From Octopus sinensis (lineage: Eukaryota), in NCBI RefSeq assembly GCF_006345805.1, contig NC_043004.1:82770001-82834000 (forward strand): a stretch of 64,000 nt of DNA. The letters run 5' to 3'. This document shows positions 63,687 to 64,000 of this stretch, one piece after another (positions within the stretch are counted from its first letter, which is position 1; each line of letters begins with the position of its first letter). Made by a program: the position numbers and the translations under genes. Below the pieces are notes generated by a model that saw nothing but the letters and a program-made list of their open reading frames with translations, did no database searches and was not told the origin of the DNA.

Positions 63687-64000
63687 ACGATGTCTCATTT
63701 TATTATGCATTTTCGATTGTAAGTAAATTCAGTACGAAGACGCCTTTAGCAGCACTACCTCACTATTTCACCATTAAATACCTTTGGAACGTGGGCACAT
63801 CTGCACTTTCTCAAGCAAGATTATTTTTTCTTAAAAGGTAAAGATGGGTAATGCTGAAGCGAGATCGAACGCCTTCTACCGGCGAAACCTCAGGATGATT
63901 CTATACTCTTTATTATCAGTCATGCAGCCATTGATTTTTCTGCTGGATTATTTATAACTGTCTGCCATCTTTTAAGTAAAATTGTATAAAAATATATATA

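Larger units (their letters stand above)
39421..64000. repeat. Segmental duplication unit III: Z2-B2-X3-A3-cassette 3
   Basis: Contains homologs of all blocks found in units I and II, in colinear order. Confidence 0.85.

Overview
AT-rich, microsatellite-dense animal DNA. The tRNA-SINE families and the (TA)n/(ATT)n load suggest a cephalopod such as Octopus; this is inferred from repeat style only. The window is a roughly three-fold tandem segmental duplication carrying an invertebrate gustatory-receptor-like (GRL, 7TM chemoreceptor/ion-channel superfamily) gene cluster. The ORF track shows only fragments of these genes because they are spliced. I reconstructed two complete 4-exon, 388-aa genes. 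A1 = join(11091..12041,15443..15511,16419..16508,18303..18359). B1 = join(28141..29091,35762..35830,36745..36834,38936..38992). All introns are GT-AG and phase 0, and both proteins end in a TYILVVIQ TM7 motif. The two 951-nt first exons (TM1-TM6) are strongly diverged, but the exon 2-4 cassette is almost identical in all three copies. In the third unit both first-exon types (B2, pseudogenised; A3, 5'-deleted) lie upstream of one cassette. This suggests a variable-first-exon / constant-C-terminus receptor locus being resolved by duplication and reciprocal loss. The missing 5' part of A3 is replaced by a 363-bp tandem-plus-inverted array. Each unit carries a type I minimal hammerhead ribozyme motif with the U3-A8 core variant (Penelope pseudo-LTR / retrozyme-like). 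Also present: a copy-specific R4/Dong-type retroelement in a (TAA)n tract, Helitron insertions (one with a matching empty site), Penelope, RTE and CR1 remnants, MITEs and many SINEs.
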